Made by a program: the position numbers and the translations under genes | The notes under the pieces: generated by a model | What the model saw: the letters and a program-made list of their open reading frames with translations, nothing else | The model's database searches: none | What the model was told of the DNA's origin: nothing | Part shown: piece by piece, positions 1-11,748 of the stretch | Layout of the letters: each line of letters starts with the position of its first letter | How positions within the stretch are numbered: position 1 is the stretch's first letter | NCBI GenBank assembly: GCA_047495785.1 | Contig: JBLDXI010000028.1 | Span: 186,001 to 250,000 of the forward strand | DNA: 64,000 nucleotides | Reading direction: 5' to 3' | Origin: Lepidodermella squamata | Taxonomy: Eukaryota > Animalia > Gastrotricha

Positions 1-1233
1 AGCAATAAATATATAATTTTCAAGGTGTGTGAGACGAATAAAAATGCTCCAAGTAGTAACAAAAATTTCAATAATTATATAACAATAAAATTCGTTTTAG
101 CAACAACATCAACAGAAAAGAAGAGTGATGAGAACAAGATAGAAGAAGAAGAAGAATCGAATTATGATCATGATAAAATATTTGTAGAGAAGATTAGGAC
201 ATCACAGATAGATAATTCATTTTTCTCTCAGTGTCAATCTAGTCTAGCATAGAAAAATCGTGTTCGTAGACAATTGTAGTCTGCTACTCCTAAACAATTT
301 TTACATCGATTGTCGGCGAAAATATTATCATTATTATTACTAAAAAATTGACAAATAAAAAAATAAGCCAAGAGAGAGATAGAGAGAGACAAGCGAACTA
401 AAAAAATCGCACTATAAAACTAAACACATGAAAAAGGATAATTTTTTTCTGACAAGCAAGTCGCGCGCAAGGTAACAAAAAATTGTTTAAAAACACAAAA
501 AAAACATCAAATAATTATTACTTCCCCTTCTTCAAAACACCGTATTACTGCATAGAGCATAATAATAATATTATAGTTATAATAGATTTCGTTCATTCAT
601 TTGTGTACCAGGAAAAAGTAGTAACAAAAACTTTGAAGAAGAAGAAGAAGAAGAGAAGAAATAGCTCACCAAAATTCATTCAAATATTTATCATCGGATT
701 ACGCTCATCCAAAACTTTGGAACTAATTTCGGACAGATACAAGTAATAATTTTCATTAAAACGAATTGCATTAAATAGAAAAATGCCTCTAATTTTCTCG
801 TAAATTGATTATTACTTTGTGTTATATAACCAAGCGAAAATTTGTGAAAGTCATATAATATATTATTATTAATTGTATAACAAATATTTTTTTCACATAA
901 AAAAATTGATTATTTTTTCTACTAGCGATTTCGGCGTGATGAACGACACGAGAGAGATAGAGCGAGGTGGATCGACAAGCAGCACTAACAAATGATAAAA
1001 ACGCCGGTGGTCAGATTACGAACAGACCCAATTTTAGGCACATTTCCCGAAAATTCTCATTCCTTCTAAAAATCAATAATAATATAGAGAATAAGAAATC
1101 GATAATTCACTCAGGTTATAAGATTCTCAATTTAGAAAGCTGTGATCGTAAATATATATATTACTATTTTTCAGTCTCACTTAGGGTGATATTATAGAAA
1201 TATAAAATCGCCCATTCGAAATCCGTCGAACCT

Positions 1234-3364
1234 CTATCGAACCTCTTTGCCGAGCTCAGCCTTGCCGTGGGCGTACAAGCAGACGGCGCGGCGTTGGCAG
1301 AAACCACGCTCCTCCCACTGGTGGCAGAGGGCGACGCGGCGTTTCGGTCGCAGGTCCGCCTCGCCGTGCGCGTACGGGCAGTTGTCACCGTTCGGGCACT
1401 GGCCGCTGTTGACCGAGTACGGCAGGCACAGCTTCGTCTTGAACGTCCACTGCGCGAGCAGCTTCGACGCCACCTGCGGCGCCTGGTACTTGGACTTGGC
1501 CGACTCGAGCGCGATCGGCAGGATCTGCTTCACCGTCTCGTAGATGTGCGGCAGCGGGCGCGTGACGAAGGCGCCGTCTCGCTCCACCGCGCGGCGCATC
1601 ACCTCCGTGACCGTGTCGCGCGACAAGTGGTGGCCGAAGCGCTGGTGCAGCTGGAAACGCGCCATGATGCGGTCGCGCACGTACTTCAGATCCGGCACGC
1701 CTTGAGGTTTACCCTGCGACTGCTGGTGCTGCTGTTGTTGGGGTTTGACCGGGGCGGCTTGCACGGCTGCATCGATGACCGTGACGGCGACGGCGACAGG
1801 CGACACCGGTGACGATTCGTTGTTCGGAGAAAAAGGAGACGAAGAAGAAGACACTTTGGTGGTGTTTGTAGCATTGCCCAGTGGTTTTGTTACCGTTAAA
1901 TTGCAACTCGCTGCTTGAGGATTCACAACAACTTCGACCTAAAAAAGAAATCGAAAAATTTAATAAATAGCTAAATCGCAAAAAGTCGGTTAGAAAGATT
2001 GAATTGAATGAAATTTCACGAAATGAATTTTAGAAAAAAATGCAGGCCGGGAGGCTCAATCCTTCGGAATAGCCAGAAAGAAAAGGGGAAATCAGTCGTT
2101 GAAATATCGATTTGCATCAATCAGAAATTGCAAGTCAATACAACTTTCAGCTATTTTGGGTTGTTTGGTCTGTGAAACTTCTATTGATTTTGAAGATAAG
2201 AAACCGAAGTACAAATTTGAGTCATAATTTAAAATTCTCTCCAACATTCTCTATTTTCTCCCAATATCTCAAAAATTTTCTACAATCCTAATTGAAATGT
2301 TCACAATTCAAGTTCATATAGTAATTCTTGAGGCTTGGAGCTATATTGGCTCGATTCCTAAATCATAAAAATTCTGAAATATTCAAATAATTTCAATTAG
2401 GTAATCTTAGTTTTACTGCAGTGTTTATAAAATTGAAAATTTGAGATTCAAAAACTAGCGGTAACTTCTGAGAATTTCCTATCACTCTTGTTAATGCAAG
2501 CTAATTTACTGAAAAATATATTTTAATAATATAAGTCAATATTTCAAAAGATTGGCGAAATTCAGCAGAAAATCTCACCTGTTCAAAATTCGAATCTGTC
2601 GAAATCATGCTGAGATCGGACGCCCAGTCTTCGGCGTCGTCCGACTCGGCATCGGCGCACAAATCGGCGCCGTCGAACTCCGGGTCGTCCTTCGGCTTCT
2701 TCGCGACCGGCGACTTGGTTGAAGACGCCGATTTCGAGGACGAGCTCTTCTTGCTCTGATGATGGTGGTGATGATGATGGTGTTTCGCCGGTTGTTGCTT
2801 TTCACTCGCAGTTTTACTATCAGCAGCAGCAGCAGAAGAAGAGGATGTAGCCGAGCACACGACGAATTCGACGTCATCGACGACCAGATCGTCGTCGTCG
2901 ACCACGTCCGTGTCTAGCTGCACGTAGTCCGAAGGCGGCGACTTCCGCCCCGCCGGCCCGCTCGACTTCGGCCTCGCAGCACCAGCAACAGCGACCGGAG
3001 ACGATGAAACCGATTTCTGTTGCTGCTGCTGCTGCTGCTCGTCGAAACTCGACCAGAGTGTCTGAAACAACTTGGGCCACTTCAGCGCCTCCAGCTGCAG
3101 GCACAGCGGCGTGGTGTCGGCCAGGGGCTGGCCGTTCTGCATGGCTGAAAACGAGCCTTCGTACGCTTCCTCGAGGCGAACTCGCTGCAGCAGTAGCACG
3201 GTCTTCCACTCGTCGAGCAGGGTGCGCAGGGCGCCGCTCGGAGCCGGCGTCACGACGAGACTCGCCTTCAGCATGGCGTCGAGCGAGTCGAGGGCGGTTT
3301 TCCACGACTCGTACGACGCGGCCAAGTACTCGGCCTTCTTGCGAAATTCATCCGCCGCCGCCAT
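1234..3364 (-). CDS. Tandem CCCH zinc-finger (TIS11/ZFP36-like fingers) RNA-binding protein, 2 exons
   Basis: Exon 3364-2579 (donor CAG|GTGAG) joins in phase 0 to exon 1938-1234 (acceptor tttttag|GTCGAA), fusing track ORFs 2501..3397 and 1234..1926. C-terminus has FKTKLC-x9-C-x5-C-x3-H and C-x8-C-x5-C-x3-H. Poly-Q, poly-H and poly-S tracts lie upstream. Confidence 0.8.
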
Positions 3365-3822
3365 CGCACTGTTTGATTTGTAGCGCAGTAGGGTCACTCT
3401 TCAGTTAATAACTCACCTAAAAATTTAAGATACATACAAAGATAGAGGATCAATAGAAAAAAATACAGCGAGATTATGAGGCCAAAAATCGCGCGAGTAA
3501 ACAGTTTCGAAGAACGCACGTGCTGCCGGCCGCAATATTGGCGCGTTTTTTTCGAAAAATCTAAAAGCGGGCGCGTGCCTGAAATTTCGAAACGCACATG
3601 ACGCAAAAATTGATGAGTTGCCAAAAAATTTGCAGCCATTCAAAACAAGAAAGAAGTAGGAGAGTCCGGTAAAATAAAGACGAGCAAATAATGAAGATGG
3701 AAAACAGGTGCTTTTTGGTAAATACCGATTTTTATATTGGAAAACACAACAAAAGTGAGCTTTCAATATGCAATAAGCTTTTTGGAAGATATTTTTCCCG
3801 AGGAAATTGAATTTTCCGGACT

Positions 3823-6537
3823 TCAATTCCTATTATTTTTGAGCTTCTTAGCAGTGGCTATCAAGCGGCCCAGTTCGTCGATTTTTTCGCGGAAGGTCAT
3901 TGGTACGGAACTGGCTTTTGATTCTGTAGTTGCAGTGGACACGGAGCCGTCTGTCATTGCAGAAAATTGTTGCCTAAAACAATGAAATCTTGAATCAATG
4001 CGAAAGAAAACTTCGAACAACTGAAACAACTGAAATCCAGAATTAAAGCTGAGGTTAACTCAAGTACATTAAGCTTTTTCCAAAAACAACTTCAAAAAAT
4101 CAAAATTCATGTATCGATTTTACGATTCAGGATTTTTCCAATTTAGCAGTGAAAGATGCCAATTTTGGAGATTATTATTTGTTCTAATTAACCCATGTTT
4201 AAAGCAGGTTAAACCAAACATCCCAGCCCCGTATTCATGATAATCATCGATCAAAATATCGACGGTTGAATTATTTAGACATGCAAAATAAACCCGTTCC
4301 AAGTTATAAATACCCAAATTTTTCAAATTCTTACAAAATTCAGATTTTTTCTAATTCCCAGAATCTGTATTTTTCGACTCTTACATTTGAACGCGATGAC
4401 ATAGTGAAAGCGGTGAGGAGATGAAAACGTGAATAGGCCCGCTAAAATCCGCCACGATTTGCTTCGGCCTAAACCCCATCGACCCGTCCTCATCGAGGCC
4501 CCGCGTTGGATCGGCCATTAACGCCCGCCCAGTCTCGTGGCATAGCGCCATCAATTGAACCAGCCGGTCGATAATCGGATCGGCGTTTTTAACCGCAGCG
4601 ATCGCGGCTAACGACCCGTCGCCTACGCCCAAGTTCAAATACGGCACCAATTTCGTAGCTGGGAGTGTCGACAGTCGTTGGATGAACGCCTGGAAAACCG
4701 CGGTCAGGTGCGATGCGACGGCGCGCGGTCGATGGCCGGCGACGAAGCGCATCAGATCGACGCACTCGGAGTGGAGGGCGAGGTCGGACGACTGCGTGAA
4801 CACGACGCCGAGGTGTTTCGCCAGCAGCGGCCAGTACGGCTCGGCCTGCGCGTCGCTGAGCCGGGCGAGCAAGGCGCCGACAAAGCCGCGCGACGCCTGC
4901 CGCACGACGCCGTCCGAATCTGCGAGTGAACAAATGAGAGAGCACGTGCGTCAATAATGGCTTCTTTAATAACGGGATTATGAAAAAATAATTGTAGCAA
5001 TATGAGGAGAGGAAATGCGTGCGTCAAGTGTGAAAAATTATAAGGAATTTATTTTGATGACACGTCTTTCGCGTGAGAGGATTGTCTTTTTGCCACTTAA
5101 AAGGCCGTCGTAAACAGCTCCGCAGTTTCGAGTGAATGAAAACTTGTTAAAAAATAATGTGAAGTATTCGAAGAGTTTCAATAGTCGAGTTGCTTGGATT
5201 TATTGGCTATGCAAAGTATTCGACTTCTCGCTATTTCTTGTAAAATATTGAAATAGGCAGCTTTTACTGGTCTCTGAATTGAGATAATCTCGCGTGTCAT
5301 TTTTCTCTTTGTCATTCGATAATCATTCAGCTTTGATCCAAAGTCGTGTTGGAAATTTACTGGCCAAAAAGCCACCTAACATGGATCGATCAGAGGCTTT
5401 AAAATTTGCTGAAAAATTGATATAAAAAGGCTGAACATCGTACGAAAGGAAAACAAGCAAGAAGTAACCCGGTAACCCTTTTCTCTAAATCACACTCATC
5501 TACATCGATTTGTATTCGCGTTGTCTGATGTTATTGAAGATAAGTAACTATTAAATTTATATAAGAGTTAGTATCCGGCAACAAGTAGAAAAATGAAGAG
5601 AACCTGTGAAAAATTTCAAATTGTGAATATTCATTTCAGTATCGCCCGTCTTAAATGACCAAATCTTGAATTGTTTGACATTTTCATCAAAATCACGATG
5701 CTGACGACACTCAACTCAGGAATTGGTGTGATTTTGATCGAAAAATCTGAAAAATGCTGCTCTTGCCATTGCTAGAGATTCTCATCGCATTTATAATTGC
5801 CGCAGGGCACTGAATATTCGTCATGACGAGATGAAAAAGCAGTAAAATGCGCCATCTTCTCCATTTTTCACTTGAGACCGGGTTTTTCAAAGCAGATCAC
5901 TATGATACTCTCTTGAGAGATCTCAGGTAAGTATTTAAAGAATTTATCATGCATTAAGGGGGATGAGAGATCGAAGAGTAGAATATTCGTTTAAAGGACT
6001 GAAAATGGCTTCTCTCGTTATTTCTCGTTCAAGGCGTCAAGGGGTTACCGGTTCTTGCAAGTCACCCATCATCGTATGTTATGTGCCTTCTCTAGAGCCT
6101 ATGGAAAACACCGAATCACATTCGGTCGAAGGTGTTAATTTACCTCGTAGGAGTAGAAGCACGCGCTGCAGCACGTCGTGCGCGTTCTCGGCAACGAAAT
6201 CGGCGCGTTTATTGAGCGTGCGGCGCAGCCACCCGACGGCCTTGAAGCGCGCCGCCGAGTGCGGGTGCGCCAGTTTCGCCACGGCGTCTCGCAGCCCGGC
6301 TTCGAGCAGCGGCAGCGAGGTAGCCTCATTCAGCGATGCAATATTACTAGCCCCACTGCTGCCGCGCTCATCCGGCGCAAGGGCCCGGTGCTCGGCTATC
6401 TGCTCGGCGACGACGATGCGGCCCGACTTGAACGCCGTCGACGTCAAGTTCGACGCCGTCAGCCGCCGGCCCACCTTCAGTTTCACCTTCTGCGCCTCCG
6501 CCTTCGCCTTCTTACTAGACTTCTTCTTGCTACCCAT
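3823..6537 (-). CDS. TEX10: TEX10/Ipi1-like pre-rRNA processing (Rix1 complex) protein, 3 exons, about 359 aa
   Basis: N-terminal QKVKLKVGRR...NLTSTAFKSGRIVVAEQ matches the TEX10/Ipi1 N-terminal motif, followed by HEAT-like helices. Exons 6537-6144, 4919-4385 and 3973-3823 have GT-AG ends and consistent phases. Confidence 0.75.
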
Positions 6538-7371
6538 CAGTGGTCAGTAGTAGTCCTTAATGAGTCCTTTTTCAGCAGTATTAATAATATTCGGAGCAAA
6601 TCCGATGACTTTAAAGCAAACTAAGAATGAGAAAATAATTTCACAGAATTAAATTTCACCGCTATTATTTCGAATTTTTTTCGAGCAAGTCATTTTACGT
6701 TGTTCAATTTTCTGTAGAAAATTTACAGGTGTTTGAATCATTTTTCTTCTCAAATGATATCAGTTAGCGTAGAGCGTGTTGACAACAAAAAGAAACGCCG
6801 ATAGAATAAGCGAAGATGGTGGATATTTTCATCTCAAAAAGTCGAGGGAGGACATTCCTTTTATGTATGTATGTTGCGTTAAAGAGCTCGGTTTCAAAAA
6901 CCAAACTGCAGCTGTTTGCACGCAAATTGTAACACTGTACAAAAACAAAGAACGAAAGATTACGGACGCGCGACGTATCACTACGAGGCGCTTTTTCGCA
7001 TCGCCGAAGCGATCACAGATCTAGGGAAAATTTCTGTGAAAAATTCAAAATTTAATGTAATTTTAAAAATCTCTATCTCTGAAACTTGGCCAAGGCTGGT
7101 AAATTATATCTCAGGTACTGCAATAGCAATATCTCATCAATTTCCAAAAATTTCCTCTTAAATTCTTCCATCGTATAATTCTCGAAAATAGTACCACGTA
7201 GTTGCTAAATTTCGAATTTTTCCGACAAATTTTTCCCAGCTCAGTATATAAACGACTGCTCAGCCGATGATTTTCAACCGGCTGTTCAAGATATTACTGA
7301 TTTTAGAAGTAGTGATAGTGGTAATAAGAATGTACATTATGGCAAAAACGGACTATATTATACGCATTTCG

Positions 7372-9607
7372 CTAGTACCGCCTGCCGAACCCGCCGCCCT
7401 GGTTCGGCGCCAGCCCGTTCGCGCGCGTGTCGAAATAACGCATCTGATTTTGCTGTTGTTGTTGCTGTTGTTGCTGCTGGTGTTGCTGGTGAGGCGGTGG
7501 CTGTTGCGGCCGGCCGCCTCTCGCGTTCTCCGCCTGTTGGTACGGGTTGATTCTCGACGCGTATGTCATCGCGTTTTCGTAGAGGGCCGATAACGAACCG
7601 CGGTTCGGCGACATCGAACGAGGCCCGCCCATCGGCATCGGCCGGCCTGGCATGGGGCCCTGGCGCTGGGGTGAGCCCATCGGGTAGCCACTGCCCGGCC
7701 GCCCGCCGCCGCCGCCCATCATTCCTCCGCCGTTGCCGTAGAAAGACTGGCCTGAGCCGTACGAGTTTGAGAGAGGGGCTGAGAGTAGTGGTTGGTGCGT
7801 CGGCATCGGGGGAGGACTGCGGCCTCGTTGAGGCATGCCGCGATATTGCATGGGACCAGGGCCGCCGTAGTGACCGGGTGCTCCGCCGTAGCCGCCGCCC
7901 ATCATTGGACCTACGCCTGGGCCACCGCCGTACATTGGACCTCCACTCATTGGGCCACCGCCGCCGAATCGCTGGGGAGGCATCTGAGGAGGACCGCGTT
8001 TGATGGTCAAGCCTAAACAATTTGAATAAAATGATTAAATTAGAAAATTAATATCTTAAAAATAATTCCATCACTCATTTCATTCGAATATGATTGGAAT
8101 GATACGGCATTTTTGGTGGCTCGATTCAAAAGAGAGGGCTCATATGTGGCCTTAATACTTAATAGTCCTAACTGGCCATTCTAAATCTGATGGATTTAGG
8201 GATCAGAGTCCGGTTTAGGCATGAAAAGGGTCAATTTTACGAATAGTTTGGAGAAAAATGCAAACACCTAAAAAAATCCGAGTTGTTGTCACATGTAATT
8301 CTAAACTTGCCGGGTCTGAGAATTTTATGAAATTTAACAATGAGCTCCACAAGTATTACAGTAATCCAAGATCGCGAGTTGAAAAATTCGCTTTCTAGGT
8401 ATTTTCGGGTTTTTGATAACAAACACTTACCCATTGGTTTTCCGCCACGACCAGCACTGCCGCCCATTTTATTCATCCCACCACCGCTGGCTCCACCACG
8501 CCAAGAGCCATTCGCAGTAACCGCACCGCCTCGACCAGCACCAGGGGTCGGTTTTTTCGTCGCCGGGTTGCCCGGTCCGGGCTGAGTGTCCGGCCCGCGC
8601 TTATTCGCCACCTTTTTCGCCGATGCGCCTGTCGCAGCCGCGCCGCCACGACCAGCCCCATTCGCGCCATTCGCAGCCTTAGCATTGCCACCGCTCGAAG
8701 TCAGCGACGTCCGCAAATCGAACGAGATGATGGGCTCGAGGAGTCGCAGGCCGGTGCACACGAACGGCGGCAATTTCGCAGCAGCCGGTTTCGCGCCAGG
8801 TTTATTCGCATCAGCTGCCGGTTTCGCCTCCGCCGACAGCTCGCTCGTTTTCGACCAATCGACGTCGACTGAAACACGCTGCTCCGGCTCAATCCACGAA
8901 TGGCCAGACTTCTTCAATGCTTCAATCGCCTCATCGGTCAATTTGACGAAAATTGCATCGCTACAGTCCGGTTCTCGCAGCAATGCCCCGTGGTATTTCT
9001 TGCAGTTGAACCACTTGACCTTACAAGTAATCGCGAGTTCAATGCCGGTTTTTTTCGGTTTCTCTACCACTACAGGTTCTTCGACCAATAGAGGCTCAGG
9101 GCTGGGCTCATTTACTTCAACGCGGTCGAATGCTGTGAAATTTTCATCCTCAGTCTGCGGCTGTTCCTCCGGCTCTTTCTCCTCGTTTTTCTCAGCCGCG
9201 TCTTCCTCGCTCGGTTTTTCAGGCCAGGAAGACAGCATGACGAGATTACCGGCCTCCAAACCCCGCGGACCTTCCAAGATTTCGAACTCGACCGGCCATT
9301 CAGCTGACAGGTCGAGGTCGTTGATATCTGACAGAATATTCGCAGCTGGCAGCAGCAGATTTTCGCCAGTTTCGTCATTTAGGACGAAGCCGTAGCCGAG
9401 TCGAATTGAGAAACATTTCAATGTACCGGTTATTCGAACGTCTGCCGGCTTTTTGTCGCCATTTTTCGCCGGTTCTTGATCATTCGAGGCGTCCTGATCG
9501 TTGCTCGGTTGATCAAGACTCGCGGCATTCGAATTTTCGGCCGCTTCATCAGACGCTGCTGAACTGAGCAAGGGCAAAGGCGTCGCAGATTCAGTCTCAC
9601 ACATCAT
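7372..9607 (-). CDS. Cold-shock-domain RNA-binding protein with RGG/Gly-Pro-Met-Tyr-Gln low-complexity tail, 2 exons, about 605 aa
   Basis: Two CSD-like segments (GTLKCFSIRLGYGFV; CKVKWFNCKKYHG). Exon 9607-8431 (ATGG|GTAAG) joins exon 8012-7372 (tttag|GC) in frame. Confidence 0.7.
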
Positions 9608-9645
9608 TTAAAAAATCCTACTTTTCAAGGCAGAAACAAATTTCA

Positions 9646-10730
9646 TTAAAAATGGTCATTTAAAATGTAATCGCGTTCGATTAGAGGTAATAAACTAGAT
9701 TTATCAGATTCGTGAGAAAATGAGATGCCAGGGAGAGATGGATTTTCGTCGATTTTGACGTTGAGCAATTCCGATAGCTGGACCATCACGTCGTCGAGTG
9801 GCGCGAAAATTCGACAATCGCTTATCGAATCACACCGAGTTTTCTGCAGATTTACAATCGCAACTTTACCGCCTGAAAAGAACTCCATCTTGAACCATAG
9901 AAAATAGCAATGAATTGCACTCACTTGATCGTTTCGTCGAATTTGGAAGACCGGCGACTGGAAATATTTGGAGAGAAGTGCCTAAGCATAGGCATAACGA
10001 CGCAGATTTTGCATGTAAAAGCGATAATGAAAGCTCCGGTTCTGGCAATTCGTCCTCCCAATCAAGAACCTAAAACATTTATCTATAAAATCAGCGACAA
10101 TATGAAACTAAACAACAAACCGTATCCCGTAAAACTCCTCGACATTGACTAGACCTGGAGCCATTTTTGACCCGTTCACAAGGTCGTCCAGTAGGTTTCA
10201 GGGTCATCGTCGGTACGGCCGATTTTTGGCGAATATACAAAGATCGACACGTTGGGCACCTAGAACCAACGGTTAATCAAGTTTATTTCAGAAAATTTCA
10301 CAACTCACTTTTCAACAAAAACATTGCCGTGAACTTCGGCTAGCCGACTCAAAGGGAATCCAGCTCGATGCAACAAGCCATCGATGTTTTGACTGACCAC
10401 GAAATGAACAAAGCCAGATTTTTGAAGGCTGACCAACGTCCGATGAGTCAGCGTCGGTTTCGCCTCTACGAAATCAGCCACTGTATTCTGCGGCTTCAAG
10501 CCCTGTTTTTCCAACGTCCAAACGCCGTTAGGACCGCGGAAGTCCGGGATACCGGCTGAAGTGCTGATACCTGCACCGCAAATGACGATAGTATGTTTGG
10601 ATTCGCGCATCAACTCGGCGAGTTTTTCGATCTGAGATCGGCACTTCGAAGGATCGTCGACGATTTCTTTCATGCCAACTTTGCCTTTGTTGGGGTACGG
10701 CGAGAGCGCATCGGCGTAATTCACCGACAT
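9646..10730 (-). CDS. SIRT6: NAD-dependent deacylase sirtuin-6, 4 exons, about 310 aa
   Basis: MSVNYA..LSPY..KGK start, [64 protein letters not shown]. Exons 10730-10309, 10259-10121, 10069-9925, 9872-9646. Confidence 0.95.
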
Positions 10731-11069
10731 TTCAGAAAAAATTAAATACAATTCACTAGAAGAATCAGGAAGTTGAAAAATTTAAACAATCATAACATAA
10801 AATCGAAAAATGCCCCAATTAAAATTAAAGATGAAAAGAAAGTTCACTAGCATGGGATCAAAAGTCAATTTTGTGATAAAAGCTCAAACAAGATAAAAAG
10901 GCGACACGAGTTGTTCCTTCAACTTGGGAAAAATACATCTAATACAAAAAACCTCCAATTCCTAGCCATTCAAACAGTTAAAATAGGTGGCGAGTATTTT
11001 CTACACGGCTTTCAGAAAATTAGTGAATTCTTTTTTTAATATAGGAAAAGAACTATAGAAGTCTCATTT

Positions 11070-11542
11070 CGTCATGCGCGCCAGAAAATGTCTTGAGTCC
11101 ACTTTTTTACGAAAATGAGTTATTGAGAGCTAATTACTATATTCGATACGCCCGATCTCGTGGTGAAATCCGTTTTTTAAGATTCGTTCTAGAACATGGT
11201 GTATAAAGTCCCATCGGCAAATTTACTTTGATCTTTCATTGTCCTCTAATTCAATTAGCGCTCGCACATGTTGCATAATGAGCACAAGCTGTTGCATGAA
11301 ACAATGAAAAATGTTTTATTTTCATTTTTTCGCTGTCTAAAGTCCACTAAAATGTGTTGCCCTCGCTTTCAGGTGAAATATTTATGAATTAATAATAGCC
11401 TATAATGACCGCCGTAAAAAGTTAGCCTAGAGGATGACCGGAGAGCCCGTCAAAAATTCCCAATCGACTTGTAGATAACGTTTTGTTGTTTTTCTCGAAA
11501 AGTGGTTTTGTGGACTTCAGACATTTTCTGGCGCGCATGACG
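11070..11542. mobile_element. Non-autonomous DNA transposon (MITE), possibly Sola-type
   Basis: About 33-bp terminal inverted repeats CGTCATGCGCGCCAGAAAATGTC... / ...GACATTTTCTGGCGCGCATGACG, flanked on both sides by ATTT (4-bp TSD). Confidence 0.75.
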
Positions 11543-11748
11543 ATTTGCTTTTTGCGAAATTTTAGTTAAATTTGAATGAATTTTCTCGAAGGTTTAGACG
11601 AGCAATAAGACACGGTTGATCTATTCCTCGATTTGTTCTAGATTTACTAAAAAGCAATAATTCAAATCAATTGTCATCATTCTAATAGCTATCGATAGAA
11701 AATGGCAAAATGCGTGGAAAATGACACAGAATAGAGGAAGAGGCACGA

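Noticed and set aside
1247-9395. Plus-strand ORFs such as 1267..1812, 5963..6550 and 8586..9395
   Set aside because: Antisense shadows of GC-rich exons of recognised minus-strand genes.
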